A stretch of DNA of 64,000 nt, taken from the IMG/VR virus record IMGVR_UViG_3300027708_000012, positions 281,370-345,369 of that record. One strand, given 5' to 3'. A model generated the notes under the pieces. That model did no database searches, had not been told where the DNA came from, and worked only from the letters and a program-made list of their open reading frames with translations. The position numbers and the translations under genes are program-made. This document shows, piece by piece, positions 38,262-47,997 of the stretch. The number at the start of each line of letters is the position of its first letter. Within the stretch, counting starts at the first letter, position 1.

Positions 38262-39235
38262 TTTTTTGAGTTGAGTAGCATGCCTAGTCGACGACTGTAG
38301 TCAACACTTTCACGCTTTTCGCGGCCTGATACGCCTTCAGGGCCTGCGCCCATGTCAGCTTCGGGAGGCACTTCTGGACCTGCACCCATTGGTGCACCGC
38401 CTGCTGGAGATGCGCCAGGTAATGCTGGACCTGCACCCATTGCAGGTGCTTCTCCGCCTGAAATTAATGCCAATGCGCCTGATAAACCACCGCGGCTTGT
38501 TTCTAATGCCGCATAGATTGCTTCAAGAGCTGGCTTTACTTGTTCGGTATATTGTTGAGCAACATCGCTGCCCATTGCTTCTCTTATAGAGTCTGTTAAT
38601 TCTAAAAGCTGTTCTGCTTTCATGGCCGCTACATCTTCTAGCCAACCAGTAACACGGTCAACCATATCTTTAGTTGCCATGATAACTTCAGCTTTGTCTT
38701 CTTCGCCTTCTGCTAGATATACAATATAATTTGCTGCGTTTTCTGATAAATCATAACGTAATGTTAATTCAGCTGATAATTCTTCTTCGTCGCTTTCGCC
38801 TAATTCTACTCGCTTGATTGCGCTGTTGATCCAACTTTCTGGAACGCTGTGTTCCATGGCCTTTTCTTTTATTTTTTCAGCCTTTAGCTTTTTACGCATT
38901 TCAGCTTTTTGCTCTGCCTTTTCGTCAACGCTTTCTTCCATGCATTCGCAAGGATCTTTGTGGCAATCGCTGCACTTGCCTTCTTCACGTTCCATGATTT
39001 CTGTATTGATACAGTCTAGCATTACGCGAGTCTTTTGATAGTCAGGGCTTTCATTGATGCTATCATAGCTTTCGCTAACTTCAAACTGGCTTAACTTTGT
39101 GCGAAGTTTGTTACGTGCATCTTCTAATTGCACATCGCTAAATTGTTCTAGATTAAGTTTGTAGCCAAATTGCTTTGCTAAACTTTCGTTTAGTTTTTTA
39201 GCTGTCACTGGCTTTGATAATTCTCTTAGTTGCAT
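38255..39235 (-). CDS. Acidic coiled-coil protein, probable prohead core/scaffold
   Basis: Helical, Glu-rich, several (L/I)xE sites; ends NSKKK*. Confidence 0.7.
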   Translation of the reverse strand: MQLRELSKPVTAKKLNESLAKQFGYKLNLEQFSDVQLEDARNKLRTKLSQFEVSESYDSINESPDYQKTRVMLDCINTEIMEREEGKCSDCHKDPCECMEESVDEKAEQKAEMRKKLKAEKIKEKAMEHSVPESWINSAIKRVELGESDEEELSAELTLRYDLSENAANYIVYLAEGEEDKAEVIMATKDMVDRVTGWLEDVAAMKAEQLLELTDSIREAMGSDVAQQYTEQVKPALEAIYAALETSRGGLSGALALISGGEAPAMGAGPALPGASPAGGAPMGAGPEVPPEADMGAGPEGVSGREKRESVDYSRRLGMLLNSKKK

Positions 39236-39266
39236 GGTGGTATCCCTAAACTGTTCTTACTACTAT

Positions 39267-39722
39267 TTATACAAAACTGTACTTAAACATCTTGGAAATA
39301 GCGGCTTGATAATAGTTACTCTTATCTTCGCTATACTCTAACTTGTTTAATAAAATACAAAATCTTTCAAAATCTTTAGTTGTTTTTATGTTCTTTTTGT
39401 AAACTTGTAAATCGCTGTAACTAGCCCAATATTTGTTATCTAAATGTTTGATTTCAAAGAATTTAGTTAAATTTACATTTGAATATGCTTTAGCGGCCAT
39501 TAGCGCACATGTCTTTAGATAATAATCTTCTAACAAATAATTGCTACCTAAATTGTACAATCCCCAACCATTGTCAGTTTTTCTTATTACATACTTAGAT
39601 AGTACTACACTACCGTCTGGTTGAATAGCTATAGGTAATGTTTTTTTAAAGTCTTCCTCAAAGTGAGCTGCAAGTTCTTTAATTGCCTTTGATTGCGGTT
39701 TAAATTTCTTTGTTTTCTTCAT
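39267..39722 (-). CDS. Hypothetical phage protein
   Basis: Long ORF overlapping upstream gene. Confidence 0.7.
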   Translation of the reverse strand: MKKTKKFKPQSKAIKELAAHFEEDFKKTLPIAIQPDGSVVLSKYVIRKTDNGWGLYNLGSNYLLEDYYLKTCALMAAKAYSNVNLTKFFEIKHLDNKYWASYSDLQVYKKNIKTTKDFERFCILLNKLEYSEDKSNYYQAAISKMFKYSFV

Positions 39723-39912
39723 TTGCAACTACCGTAGGATCCTTATGGCCAATTTTAGTTATCAAAGATTTTCTAATCATGGCCTGAACTCTGACTTGCT
39801 CATGTTCGGTAAGGCTACTAATTTTGACTGGATTTTTAAGTTTCTTAAGAAGCTCAATTTCTTCGTTAGTTACCCAGATTTCAAAACTAGATATTAATTC
39901 GTTAATTTTCAT
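39700..39912 (-). CDS. Hypothetical phage protein
   Basis: MKINELIS...; ATGA overlap. Confidence 0.7.
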   Translation of the reverse strand: MKINELISSFEIWVTNEEIELLKKLKNPVKISSLTEHEQVRVQAMIRKSLITKIGHKDPTVVANEENKEI

Positions 39913-40517
39913 TTTAAACCGGCAATAGTTAGCCACTTGTATAATTCATCGTTTTCACTTAGAGGGCTCATTGTGCCTTTATGTGTGCGTTGTGAACGCT
40001 CATAACCTTTATCACGTACTTGGTTTATAAATCGATCAGTTGCATCTCCACCAACAGGATGATTTCCACTTGCAATAGTATCGTGGTGTGTTTCATCCAT
40101 ATCGTTCTCGCCGTGGAATTCACGACTTAACCTATCTGCATGACTATCTAAATCATGTGGGTGAACTTTGCCATGTAGGAAATTACGTGCTTTATGGTGT
40201 ACCGTTTTATAGTCACCACTATCATCGTCAAACGGTGCATACTCACTGTTCATCCAGCTGTCTAGGCTAATATCATGCTGTCCTTCCGCTTCATATTCTT
40301 CGCTGGTAGTTTGAATGTTAACTTGTTCGCCGGATGTTACTTTAGGTATTTCAACTGTTGGTTTGCCATCTGCACCAGTTTTAATTTGATCTGCATCGAC
40401 ATTTACAGGGTTTCCGTCCGCACCTTTGATAGTTACATTACCACCTGGTTCAACTTTGTCAACAGTGCCAGTTTGAATTGGGCCGTCTTCTTTCATTAAA
40501 ATGTCTTTAATCTTCAT
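39909..40517 (-). CDS. Hypothetical, probable head-internal protein
   Basis: MKIKDILMKE...; ends LTIAGLK. Confidence 0.7.
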   Translation of the reverse strand: MKIKDILMKEDGPIQTGTVDKVEPGGNVTIKGADGNPVNVDADQIKTGADGKPTVEIPKVTSGEQVNIQTTSEEYEAEGQHDISLDSWMNSEYAPFDDDSGDYKTVHHKARNFLHGKVHPHDLDSHADRLSREFHGENDMDETHHDTIASGNHPVGGDATDRFINQVRDKGYERSQRTHKGTMSPLSENDELYKWLTIAGLK

Positions 40518-41202
40518 TATTTTCTCCAAGGCTTAGTTTAGCACTTTCTAGTTTAGTTATGTATTTACGCAATTTGTCAATAGATCCTCTAGCTCTGAGT
40601 AGCTTAAAAGCTAGGTTTTCTACACTCTGTTCGCCACCTGTTTCAAGACCTGCTTTGCGTAGACGTTTTAGTTCGTCCATTACACTACGACATTGTTCAA
40701 TATTGTTGCTACGCATAGCAAAGTTAATCTTGCCAGCATAGTTTCGCGCCTTGGCTCGTATATCTTTAGGATCAGTAGTAGGTTCAGTATGCTCGGGCTC
40801 GGTTAACCACTTGTCATCTAGCACACTGTATATTCCTGCACTATGATGCGGCTGGTCAGCAAGTTGTACGTATAGTTCAACTGGAATATTTGAGATTGCC
40901 AAGTTATGTTCGTTATTATATAGATTCTTTTTGGCTGTAAACAATTCATCATTACCGTTAGTTTTACTTACTACTAAATGTAAGTCTATATCACTGTAGT
41001 CGCTATAATTGTAACCAGCACTTGATCCGCTAAGAGTTACGTCTTTTAAATGTAGTATCGGAACATTGAGGTACAGGGCAAAATGACGAGCTATTTTTAA
41101 TAGCTGTAAACGTACATCTTTGCGTAGTTGATTATTATCCCACAGCTTTGGGTTAAGCTCGTGATGATGTGGATTTGGATCAATGAATTCTTGAAAGTTC
41201 AT
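40507..41202 (-). CDS. Pol-beta superfamily nucleotidyltransferase
   Basis: LSGSSAGYNYSDYSDIDLHLV (hG[S]x9-13DhD) and VELYV. Confidence 0.75.
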   Translation of the reverse strand: MNFQEFIDPNPHHHELNPKLWDNNQLRKDVRLQLLKIARHFALYLNVPILHLKDVTLSGSSAGYNYSDYSDIDLHLVVSKTNGNDELFTAKKNLYNNEHNLAISNIPVELYVQLADQPHHSAGIYSVLDDKWLTEPEHTEPTTDPKDIRAKARNYAGKINFAMRSNNIEQCRSVMDELKRLRKAGLETGGEQSVENLAFKLLRARGSIDKLRKYITKLESAKLSLGENNED

Positions 41203-41218
41203 TCTGTATTTAACAGAA

Positions 41219-41620
41219 TTACAAGCCTAAGAACTTTAATATGTGTGGAAAGTTAACAGCGTTGATCCAGCCAGTGCCTGCGGCAAATGCTAGTCCTACC
41301 ATGGCATACATTGTATACTTGTTTTTAACTTTCTCTAATTCGCCAATTTTGCCAGCTAGTTCGTTGTGCTGTGCAGACTGTTGCTCATTTAGGTGATTGG
41401 CATGCTCATAGTATCTTTCAGCATTGCTACGATACTCATCAGTCATTTTGTTTAACTGTGCTAGTACTGTATCGCGAGTCTGATCTAGACATTCGTGCAT
41501 GTCTTTGACATCGCCCTTGAGATCGTCAATTTTTTCTTCAATTGCATGAATTTTTGTTTCAACTACAGCTACCCGCTCGGGTAACATAGCTATTTGTGCT
41601 ACAGCTTCTTTTGTGGCCAT
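41219..41620 (-). CDS. Coiled-coil protein with C-terminal TM
   Basis: ERVAVVETK..., hydrophobic C-terminus. Confidence 0.7.
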   Translation of the reverse strand: MATKEAVAQIAMLPERVAVVETKIHAIEEKIDDLKGDVKDMHECLDQTRDTVLAQLNKMTDEYRSNAERYYEHANHLNEQQSAQHNELAGKIGELEKVKNKYTMYAMVGLAFAAGTGWINAVNFPHILKFLGL

Positions 41621-41740
41621 CTCCGGGCTCTCCAATGTTATAAGTCTTGCGCTCGCTCCGAGCTGGGCCTATTCTATAATTGGTTGTGATTTAAAGTGCC
41701 TAGATAATGATATTTTGCCTACAACTTTATTTAGTTCAGA

Positions 41741-42130
41741 TTACTTTTTAAAAAACACTATGTTTTTACCAGGATCTTGAGTATTGAACACAGCATACCT
41801 CTGATCCATTAGCTCATCCAATCCGCTGATGTAGGGTACTAGATGAAAATCTTGTTTTAAACAGCCCACGGCATCTCCATCTGATTCGTATAAACTGTCT
41901 CTGTCTGTGGTAAAGTCAAACCGCCAAAGACGGATAAGTTCATCTGTGTCAAATCCTGCCAAGTTACCTTTGGTTTCTACAACTACAGGAGTTTGAGTGT
42001 AAGTAACATTAGCACGAATACCCAGGGTCTGTAAAACAGTTTGAAAGTTTTGTTCTTTCCAACGCTCAATGTCAGTTGTGGGTCTTTTAGTGTGTGTGAT
42101 ATCCACCAGTGTGTACAGTTTATAGTTCAT
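41741..42130 (-). CDS. Conserved phage hypothetical protein
   Basis: YTLVDIT...QNFQTVLQTLGIRAN...W.FDF...VPYISGLDE. Confidence 0.75.
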   Translation of the reverse strand: MNYKLYTLVDITHTKRPTTDIERWKEQNFQTVLQTLGIRANVTYTQTPVVVETKGNLAGFDTDELIRLWRFDFTTDRDSLYESDGDAVGCLKQDFHLVPYISGLDELMDQRYAVFNTQDPGKNIVFFKK

Positions 42131-42366
42131 TGCTTCAACAACTTTCGAGTTAAATCAATAACATCCTGTACTGTAGTAATATGTTCGTGACTGTCAGCTG
42201 GATAAACAACATTAAACCTATCTTCCAATACAATCAGCAATTCCAGTGCATCCAGACTTTCAACTCCTAGGTCGTCCTTGAGATGTTTATCTACAGTAAC
42301 TGATTCAGATTTCAATCTTAGCTCGTCGGCTAATATATTGATGACTTGTTGTGTAATATCTTTCAT
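42127..42366 (-). CDS. acpP: Acyl carrier protein
   Basis: DDLGVESLDALELLIVLEDRF...ITTVQDVID; attachment Ser present. Confidence 0.85.
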   Translation of the reverse strand: MKDITQQVINILADELRLKSESVTVDKHLKDDLGVESLDALELLIVLEDRFNVVYPADSHEHITTVQDVIDLTRKLLKQ

Positions 42367-43142
42367 GTTTTTCTATAATTTAGTAAAAGTGAATCGTCGT
42401 GGTCGTTGGGGTGAAAATCTTTTTTATAATAATCAAAATATCGGTTGGTATTTTCTCTAATCATGCCATTTTTAGCAAACAAAAATTGCCAAGCATCCTT
42501 TACAGTGGACCATTTGAAAAGTTGTCGATCTGCATGTAAAAATTGAATTGTTGTTTTACCAACTGACCACCAATATAATATTGTAGCAAATACCATGACC
42601 CATTGTCTAGTAGTTTCTTTACCACTTATGCTACGCCATAGGTCAAAACACACAGATTTGTGTTCTACTTCTTCTACACTGTGCCAGCGCCATATGTGTT
42701 CAAAATGTGGATGCATGCGTTTCATAAAAGTGCGTTTGCGTAAATTATAACCACCTGTCAATGCTGTAATGTGTTCCAAGCCAACAGTAATTGCTAAATT
42801 AGTTTCTGGGCTAAACTTTTTTTGTAACCAGTTCATTCTGTTGAGGTGTTCCTGTGCAGCCTGTTTGGCTGGTAAGCCTTGTTGTTGTAACCATTCATTA
42901 TATTGTTTATGAGCGTAGCCGTGCCAATTTTCTTGTTTGATAAATTCATTTAGTTGAGATGTTAATTCAGAACTGGTCACAGAATCCCTAAACGGTCTAG
43001 TACTATCAATAAAGTATTTTTCACCTTCAGGGAAGATAGCACTCATGGCATTGAGGAAATGAGTGCGAAATGGGTTATTATCGCACCAGTAGCGTGGCAG
43101 GTCTTGTGACCAATCTTGTTTTAATTGATAGCTTTGGAACAT
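42363..43142 (-). CDS. Ferritin-like di-metal protein (annotated family: predicted metal-dependent hydrolase)
   Basis: FPEGEKYFI, QENWH..H, LEHITA, WHSVEEVEHKSVCFD, FHPNDHD. Confidence 0.85.
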   Translation of the reverse strand: MFQSYQLKQDWSQDLPRYWCDNNPFRTHFLNAMSAIFPEGEKYFIDSTRPFRDSVTSSELTSQLNEFIKQENWHGYAHKQYNEWLQQQGLPAKQAAQEHLNRMNWLQKKFSPETNLAITVGLEHITALTGGYNLRKRTFMKRMHPHFEHIWRWHSVEEVEHKSVCFDLWRSISGKETTRQWVMVFATILYWWSVGKTTIQFLHADRQLFKWSTVKDAWQFLFAKNGMIRENTNRYFDYYKKDFHPNDHDDSLLLNYRKT

Positions 43143-43157
43143 ACAATATTTATAGAT

Positions 43158-43183
43158 AAAAAAAGGACCTTGCGGTCCTTTTT
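43158..43183. terminator. Terminator (bidirectional-looking)
   Basis: AAAAAAGGACC-TTGC-GGTCCTTTTT. Confidence 0.8.
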
Positions 43184-43197
43184 ATTTATGGAACTGT

Positions 43198-44742
43198 TTA
43201 AGCCCCTGAGTATCCGCCGTGGTATGGATTGTACAAATACTTGTTAGGCGCACCTAATAGTGCTGTACTATTGCTCCATGCATTAGTACTATTATTTGGA
43301 TTATACACTTGACTAGTTTTAGCCTGTGTTGTAATCCAAGTTTTAACTTGTGTAGGTGTTGCTGTGGGGTTGCCTTGCAAGTATAAAGCAGCTACGCCAG
43401 TAACTTGCGGAGTTGCCATACTAGTACCGGCAATTTTGCAAGCCTTGAATGTTGTTTGTTGTTGTGTGCCAAACACATACTGGAATGGACTAAAACTACT
43501 TTGATTGCTAGTACTACTTGTAATGTCAGTGCCTGGACTGATAATATTGCAACCTGGACCGCGCTCGCTGTAGTAGGCCAGTTGCTCTAAGTAACTACTT
43601 CCATTTTTAACAGTTGCACTATCGCTAGCACTTACACGGATTGTACCACTAGGACTTCCGCCTCTATGATAATATATAGGAGTGTTGGCTGGAGCAATAG
43701 CACCTGAAAAACTATGTGTATAATAGTTGTTGTAATCTGCGCCACCACTCACATCAATTTTATGACCATAGTTGCCAGCTGCTGCTATGTAGACAATACC
43801 AGCTGTTTGACCTTGAGCAATGCGTGTTTCAGTTGCTGGATCGCTAATGCAATGTTCAAACCCTACCATTCCTTTGCTGGGCAAATACTGTGTACCGCTA
43901 GCGTAATTGGTAGTTGTGCCTTCATAAACAATCTTATTGATAGTTTTTTGATTTGGACGATTTGCATTATCGCTGTAATACCAAACATATCCCCAACTCA
44001 TGTTAACAATAGTTGGACGATGATTGCCTGTGGCTATTTTTCTTAAATGCCAAGCACGGAGAATATCAAATGCTGCATAAGTATCAAAACTCTTAGTACC
44101 ACCTGGTGAATTGTCAAATATGCGCAGACTATAGATGTAAGCACCTTTTGCGGCACCGTAGGTTGTGCCAGCGGCTATGCCAGCCACATGTGTACCATGT
44201 TCGCCTTCACCGTAATTGCTGTAATCATAGTAACCAACTGGCATAGTGCCCGATAGTCCAGCTTCTGTGTACCAATTGATTTCTTTTAGTCTTGAACCAA
44301 ACTCTGGATGTCCTGATTGCACACCATCATCCATGATAACAATGTCAACACCAGTACCGTCACGAGAGGCTGCATAAGTTGTGCCCACTGTGCTTTCAGT
44401 AGTGTTAAGTGTTGCTCGGCGCAAGCCCCAATTTACATTATACAAGTCTGGATTAGTAGCACGACGGGAAAAATTGCCAGCTGTGTTATTATAAGCACGG
44501 GGAGTTTCTGTTACATCTGATACAGTATGTGGACGAGCAGCACTGGCAGGTAATTTATAGTGTATGTGTGCCACACGAGGATCAGTTGCTAGTTTGGCAG
44601 CTTCCTCGTCGGTCAACATGTAATGGTAAGTAAGTTCGTTTAAAGGAACTAGATCTGCAATTTCAGTGCCATTGGCCACTAGTTCAGCATGCAAACTATC
44701 TATATCTGCTTCGCTATGTGCGACAATGACACATTCTTTCAT
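43198..44742 (-). CDS. Subtilisin-like S8 serine protease
   Basis: IMDDG, HGTHVAG, AAAGN, GTSMATPQV; N-terminal propeptide-like region. Confidence 0.92.
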   Translation of the reverse strand: MKECVIVAHSEADIDSLHAELVANGTEIADLVPLNELTYHYMLTDEEAAKLATDPRVAHIHYKLPASAARPHTVSDVTETPRAYNNTAGNFSRRATNPDLYNVNWGLRRATLNTTESTVGTTYAASRDGTGVDIVIMDDGVQSGHPEFGSRLKEINWYTEAGLSGTMPVGYYDYSNYGEGEHGTHVAGIAAGTTYGAAKGAYIYSLRIFDNSPGGTKSFDTYAAFDILRAWHLRKIATGNHRPTIVNMSWGYVWYYSDNANRPNQKTINKIVYEGTTTNYASGTQYLPSKGMVGFEHCISDPATETRIAQGQTAGIVYIAAAGNYGHKIDVSGGADYNNYYTHSFSGAIAPANTPIYYHRGGSPSGTIRVSASDSATVKNGSSYLEQLAYYSERGPGCNIISPGTDITSSTSNQSSFSPFQYVFGTQQQTTFKACKIAGTSMATPQVTGVAALYLQGNPTATPTQVKTWITTQAKTSQVYNPNNSTNAWSNSTALLGAPNKYLYNPYHGGYSGA

Positions 44743-44936
44743 TATTTTTTTCCGTGGCGTGCTTCTACTTTAGCCTGTGTTTCTGCACTCATGGGTTTTA
44801 CTTTGACAAGCTGTTTGCCTTCCAAACCCATTTCTGATCGGATAGCTGCAGATTTTTCTTTCATTGAGTCTATTTTGGCCTGAGCGTTAGCACGGACCAG
44901 TGTAACTTTGCTTGGTGAAAATTGTGTGTTAGCCAT
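44742..44936 (-). CDS. Small basic protein
   Basis: MANTQFSPSKV...; AAGGA RBS; stop overlaps protease start. Confidence 0.65.
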   Translation of the reverse strand: MANTQFSPSKVTLVRANAQAKIDSMKEKSAAIRSEMGLEGKQLVKVKPMSAETQAKVEARHGKK

Positions 44937-44946
44937 TATTTTTCCT

Positions 44947-45735
44947 TTATAAGCTATTTGGATTAGCAAGACTCCAACCTGGGTCTCCTGCTAGTGGGCC
45001 TGGAAGGAATCCCCAACCTAAGTCTTGGCATTCCGCTATACTCCAGCCGTCGCCGTTGCCGCCCCAACCGCCTAGAGCTTCCATAGCATCGTATAATGCA
45101 CTGGCCAAGTCTGTTGGAATAGAATTCTCGTCAGCATCGTGTCCTTGTTCTGGCTCATCATAACCTTGCTCGTCATAGTCGCTAGTAGTGAGTTCATCGC
45201 TGATGGCAAATACAAAGTTACCAAAGTTATTTGTATAAGCCTCATGATCATAGTATGTTGGTGCTCCAAGATAGTACACTTCAGCTACTTTTTGTATAGC
45301 ACGAACTATGTATGAATAAAAACTATCTGCATCGTTGAATCCAGCACGGATAATATTTCCGCCAGTCACAGGCTCGCCGTCTTGAAACCAATCAACAGTT
45401 ACGCTGCTTGTTGTAGCGGCCACAACAGTAAACTCACCGTTGTATCGATAATAGTCCATGTCGTAAACATAGATAGTATCGCCAACTGCATAAGGAGCTT
45501 GAGCTTGTTCAGCAAACTCATAAGTTACTTGTCGACCATCAGCTGTACCGCCTGTGACTGCAATATTATCTTGATCGAAATAATAGTTATTAGAATATAA
45601 ATTATAATAGATACTAAAAGTAAAAAACTTTAATTTTCTAGTACCAAACAAACTGCTTGGTGCGGCTCGTTGTGTGTTAACAGCAACTTCTCTTGCGTTG
45701 CTGGGATTGTATAAATTACCTGCGTATTGTGGCAT
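44947..45735 (-). CDS. Paralog 5 of tandem FGTR-family putative virion proteins, with inserted beta domain
   Basis: PSSLFGTRKLKFF...SYIVRAIQKVAEVYYLG. Confidence 0.8.
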   Translation of the reverse strand: MPQYAGNLYNPSNAREVAVNTQRAAPSSLFGTRKLKFFTFSIYYNLYSNNYYFDQDNIAVTGGTADGRQVTYEFAEQAQAPYAVGDTIYVYDMDYYRYNGEFTVVAATTSSVTVDWFQDGEPVTGGNIIRAGFNDADSFYSYIVRAIQKVAEVYYLGAPTYYDHEAYTNNFGNFVFAISDELTTSDYDEQGYDEPEQGHDADENSIPTDLASALYDAMEALGGWGGNGDGWSIAECQDLGWGFLPGPLAGDPGWSLANPNSL

Positions 45736-45744
45736 GATTGATCC

Positions 45745-46629
45745 TTAAAAAGTTAAACCAAAACTAGGGTTTAGTCGCCATATGTATAGGCTGCTAGTAG
45801 AAAGTTCATTGTCTGTTAATACTTTTGCCACAGCTTGTACAAAGTTATACGGATAGTTACAGCTTTGAATTCTGCCGTCGCCGCAATAGCATAATGAATC
45901 TCCAGCTACACCCGAAAAGTCAACATCACCAAAGAATCCGTTACCTTCTGGAAGGAATGGTTCAGCATCATCTGCTACGGCAAATGTAAAACAGTCATAA
46001 CCAAGATCAACATACACATAACCGATTGAGGTACCGCCATCATACACTGTGGTAGTAGCTGTGCTGTTAAACTTCACATAAGTTGTTGTACATTCTGTAA
46101 CAAAGTGTTGGTCATAAAGATTGCAATTGTAACCATTTCCAACATCGGCCACACGCACTGGATCACCAACATTGAATGGCGGCGTTGGTTGTTCTACAAA
46201 TTCTAGTTTGGCAATGGTGCCGTCGCCTGTAGCTCTAGAAACATATATATTCTCACTAAAATATGTTGGCTTAAAAGCATACCAAGGACTTGCTTGATTC
46301 AATGGGCTGGTTGCTGAGTTTTGTGGTTCGCCCACATAGAACAATTCTGCTCCTCCGCCACCGCCTCCGCGGATATCGCCGTTGCCTTCTGTAGGAGCAT
46401 CAATACCCCCTATCATACCACCTTGCTGAATAGCACGAACCATTTGATAGTACAAACTGTTGCTGTCTTGCCAGTTAGCGGCAAGGCCGTAGTCTTGTTC
46501 TATATGTAAACTGTAAAATGCTAGTTTTCTTGTACCGAAGTTTGAACTTGCGGCTGTTCTGCGGTAGTTAAGGGCGGTTATGTTGTTACTGCTACCTTGT
46601 GTGATTTGATCACCTGCATATTTTGGCAT
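45745..46629 (-). CDS. Paralog 4 of tandem FGTR family, with inserted beta domain
   Basis: Start MPKYAG at 46629; LNYRR..SNFGTRKLAF...MVRAIQ...AELFYVG. Confidence 0.8.
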   Translation of the reverse strand: MPKYAGDQITQGSSNNITALNYRRTAASSNFGTRKLAFYSLHIEQDYGLAANWQDSNSLYYQMVRAIQQGGMIGGIDAPTEGNGDIRGGGGGGAELFYVGEPQNSATSPLNQASPWYAFKPTYFSENIYVSRATGDGTIAKLEFVEQPTPPFNVGDPVRVADVGNGYNCNLYDQHFVTECTTTYVKFNSTATTTVYDGGTSIGYVYVDLGYDCFTFAVADDAEPFLPEGNGFFGDVDFSGVAGDSLCYCGDGRIQSCNYPYNFVQAVAKVLTDNELSTSSLYIWRLNPSFGLTF

Positions 46630-46718
46630 TAATTTCTCCCGAATGCGTTTCAAGTATTTATGTGTTCCAGTCAACAAAAAAGGATCCTCAGATCCTTTAG
46701 TGTTCAGTCCCGTAAGGA

Positions 46719-47276
46719 TTAAGAATTGTAAAATGCTTTCAAGTTTGGATCTGGGTTGATGGGTGAATTCTCAACATATTCAAACTTGGTGTAGTACTCT
46801 TGGTAGTCAGAATCAGTAGTCCAACCATAGTCGCCGCTGACTGCTGGATTTTCTCCCAAGCCGCCCAGCAAGTACACTTCTTGCACACTAATGTCATCAC
46901 CATCCACACCAGCTAGAGCTTCTCTTAGAGCATCTTGTAGTGTGGTGGCTTTGGCATTGTAGCCGCTGCCTGGATTGCTTTCGTCCAACGCAAGATTGTT
47001 GCCGTCGTTGAATGTGTCTTCAAACACGCCCACTGTGATACGACCATGATTGTAACCCACATGTGGAGCACCAATGATGGCAATTTCAGCACGAGTTTGA
47101 ATGGTGTCGATCACTGTGTTCAGTGTTGACATAACAATATCGCTAGAGTTTGACTGGGCACTGAAGCGAATTTGTCCAATGTTGAACCATACTACTTTGC
47201 GTGAGCCAAAACGGCTGTATGGCACTTGTTGTGTGCGGTAATTGGCCGCTACACTTGTTCCGATTAATGATGGCAT
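46719..47276 (-). CDS. Paralog 3 of tandem FGTR family
   Basis: VAANYR..SRFGSRKVVWF...TIQTRAEIAIIG. Confidence 0.8.
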   Translation of the reverse strand: MPSLIGTSVAANYRTQQVPYSRFGSRKVVWFNIGQIRFSAQSNSSDIVMSTLNTVIDTIQTRAEIAIIGAPHVGYNHGRITVGVFEDTFNDGNNLALDESNPGSGYNAKATTLQDALREALAGVDGDDISVQEVYLLGGLGENPAVSGDYGWTTDSDYQEYYTKFEYVENSPINPDPNLKAFYNS

Positions 47277-47364
47277 AATAATCTCCTGTATATGCTGTTT
47301 ATATAGTATTTAGTTCAGCCAACAAAAAAGGATCCTAAGATCCTTTTTGTAGAAGCTATACTGA

Positions 47365-47889
47365 TTAATCAGTGAATAGTTCGTTTTCGTATGAGCTTTC
47401 GCCTTGATAGCTATAAGAACCATCAATTTGAATACTTTGTGGGTTAACATAGTTGATAGCACGGTTCCACTCAGCAAATCCGTTGCCGTATAATACAGCA
47501 AGATCTACGTCAGCATTGTCAACACCTAAACTGGCGTTTACTGATTGACCTAATGTACGAGCAAACGCATTTGCATATGCATAATCTTCGTCACGATTTG
47601 GATCGCTGATGTTACCGTCATTCATTGTGTCAGCATAAACACCAATCATAAATGCGCCATCACTTGGGCTACCAATAATTACTACTTCTGCTTGAGCTTG
47701 GATACCACGAACTGCCTTGGCAAAATTGCTGTTTGGCGCATTAGCGTTGAGTGCAAGATCAACACCGTTAACGTGTACTTTCAAGAATTGGATTTGTCTT
47801 GTAGCTAGGCGTGTTGTTGGTGCAACACGTAGATAGTTAGCTACCACTGTTGGATTGTTTGCGATTTGATCGCCGTTGTATTGTCCCAT
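47365..47889 (-). CDS. Paralog 2 of tandem FGTR family
   Basis: VVANYLR..TRLATRQIQF...AVRGIQAQAEVVIIG. Confidence 0.8.
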   Translation of the reverse strand: MGQYNGDQIANNPTVVANYLRVAPTTRLATRQIQFLKVHVNGVDLALNANAPNSNFAKAVRGIQAQAEVVIIGSPSDGAFMIGVYADTMNDGNISDPNRDEDYAYANAFARTLGQSVNASLGVDNADVDLAVLYGNGFAEWNRAINYVNPQSIQIDGSYSYQGESSYENELFTD

Positions 47890-47997
47890 ATTGTTCTCCT
47901 AATAGGTAATCACGCTCTGTGATTGTTGTATTGTATTTATACCAGCCAACAAAAAAGGGCTACAAGAGCCCTAGTTTGCTTCCCATCCCTTTGAGAA

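Larger units (their letters stand above)
46655..47975 (-). repeat. Three repeated terminator+late-promoter junctions (about 46655-46700, 47306-47350, 47933-47975)
   Basis: hairpin-TTTTTTGTTG(G/A)CTG..TAAATAC; two share AAAGGATCT(G/T)AGGATCCTTTTTTGTTG. Confidence 0.8.
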
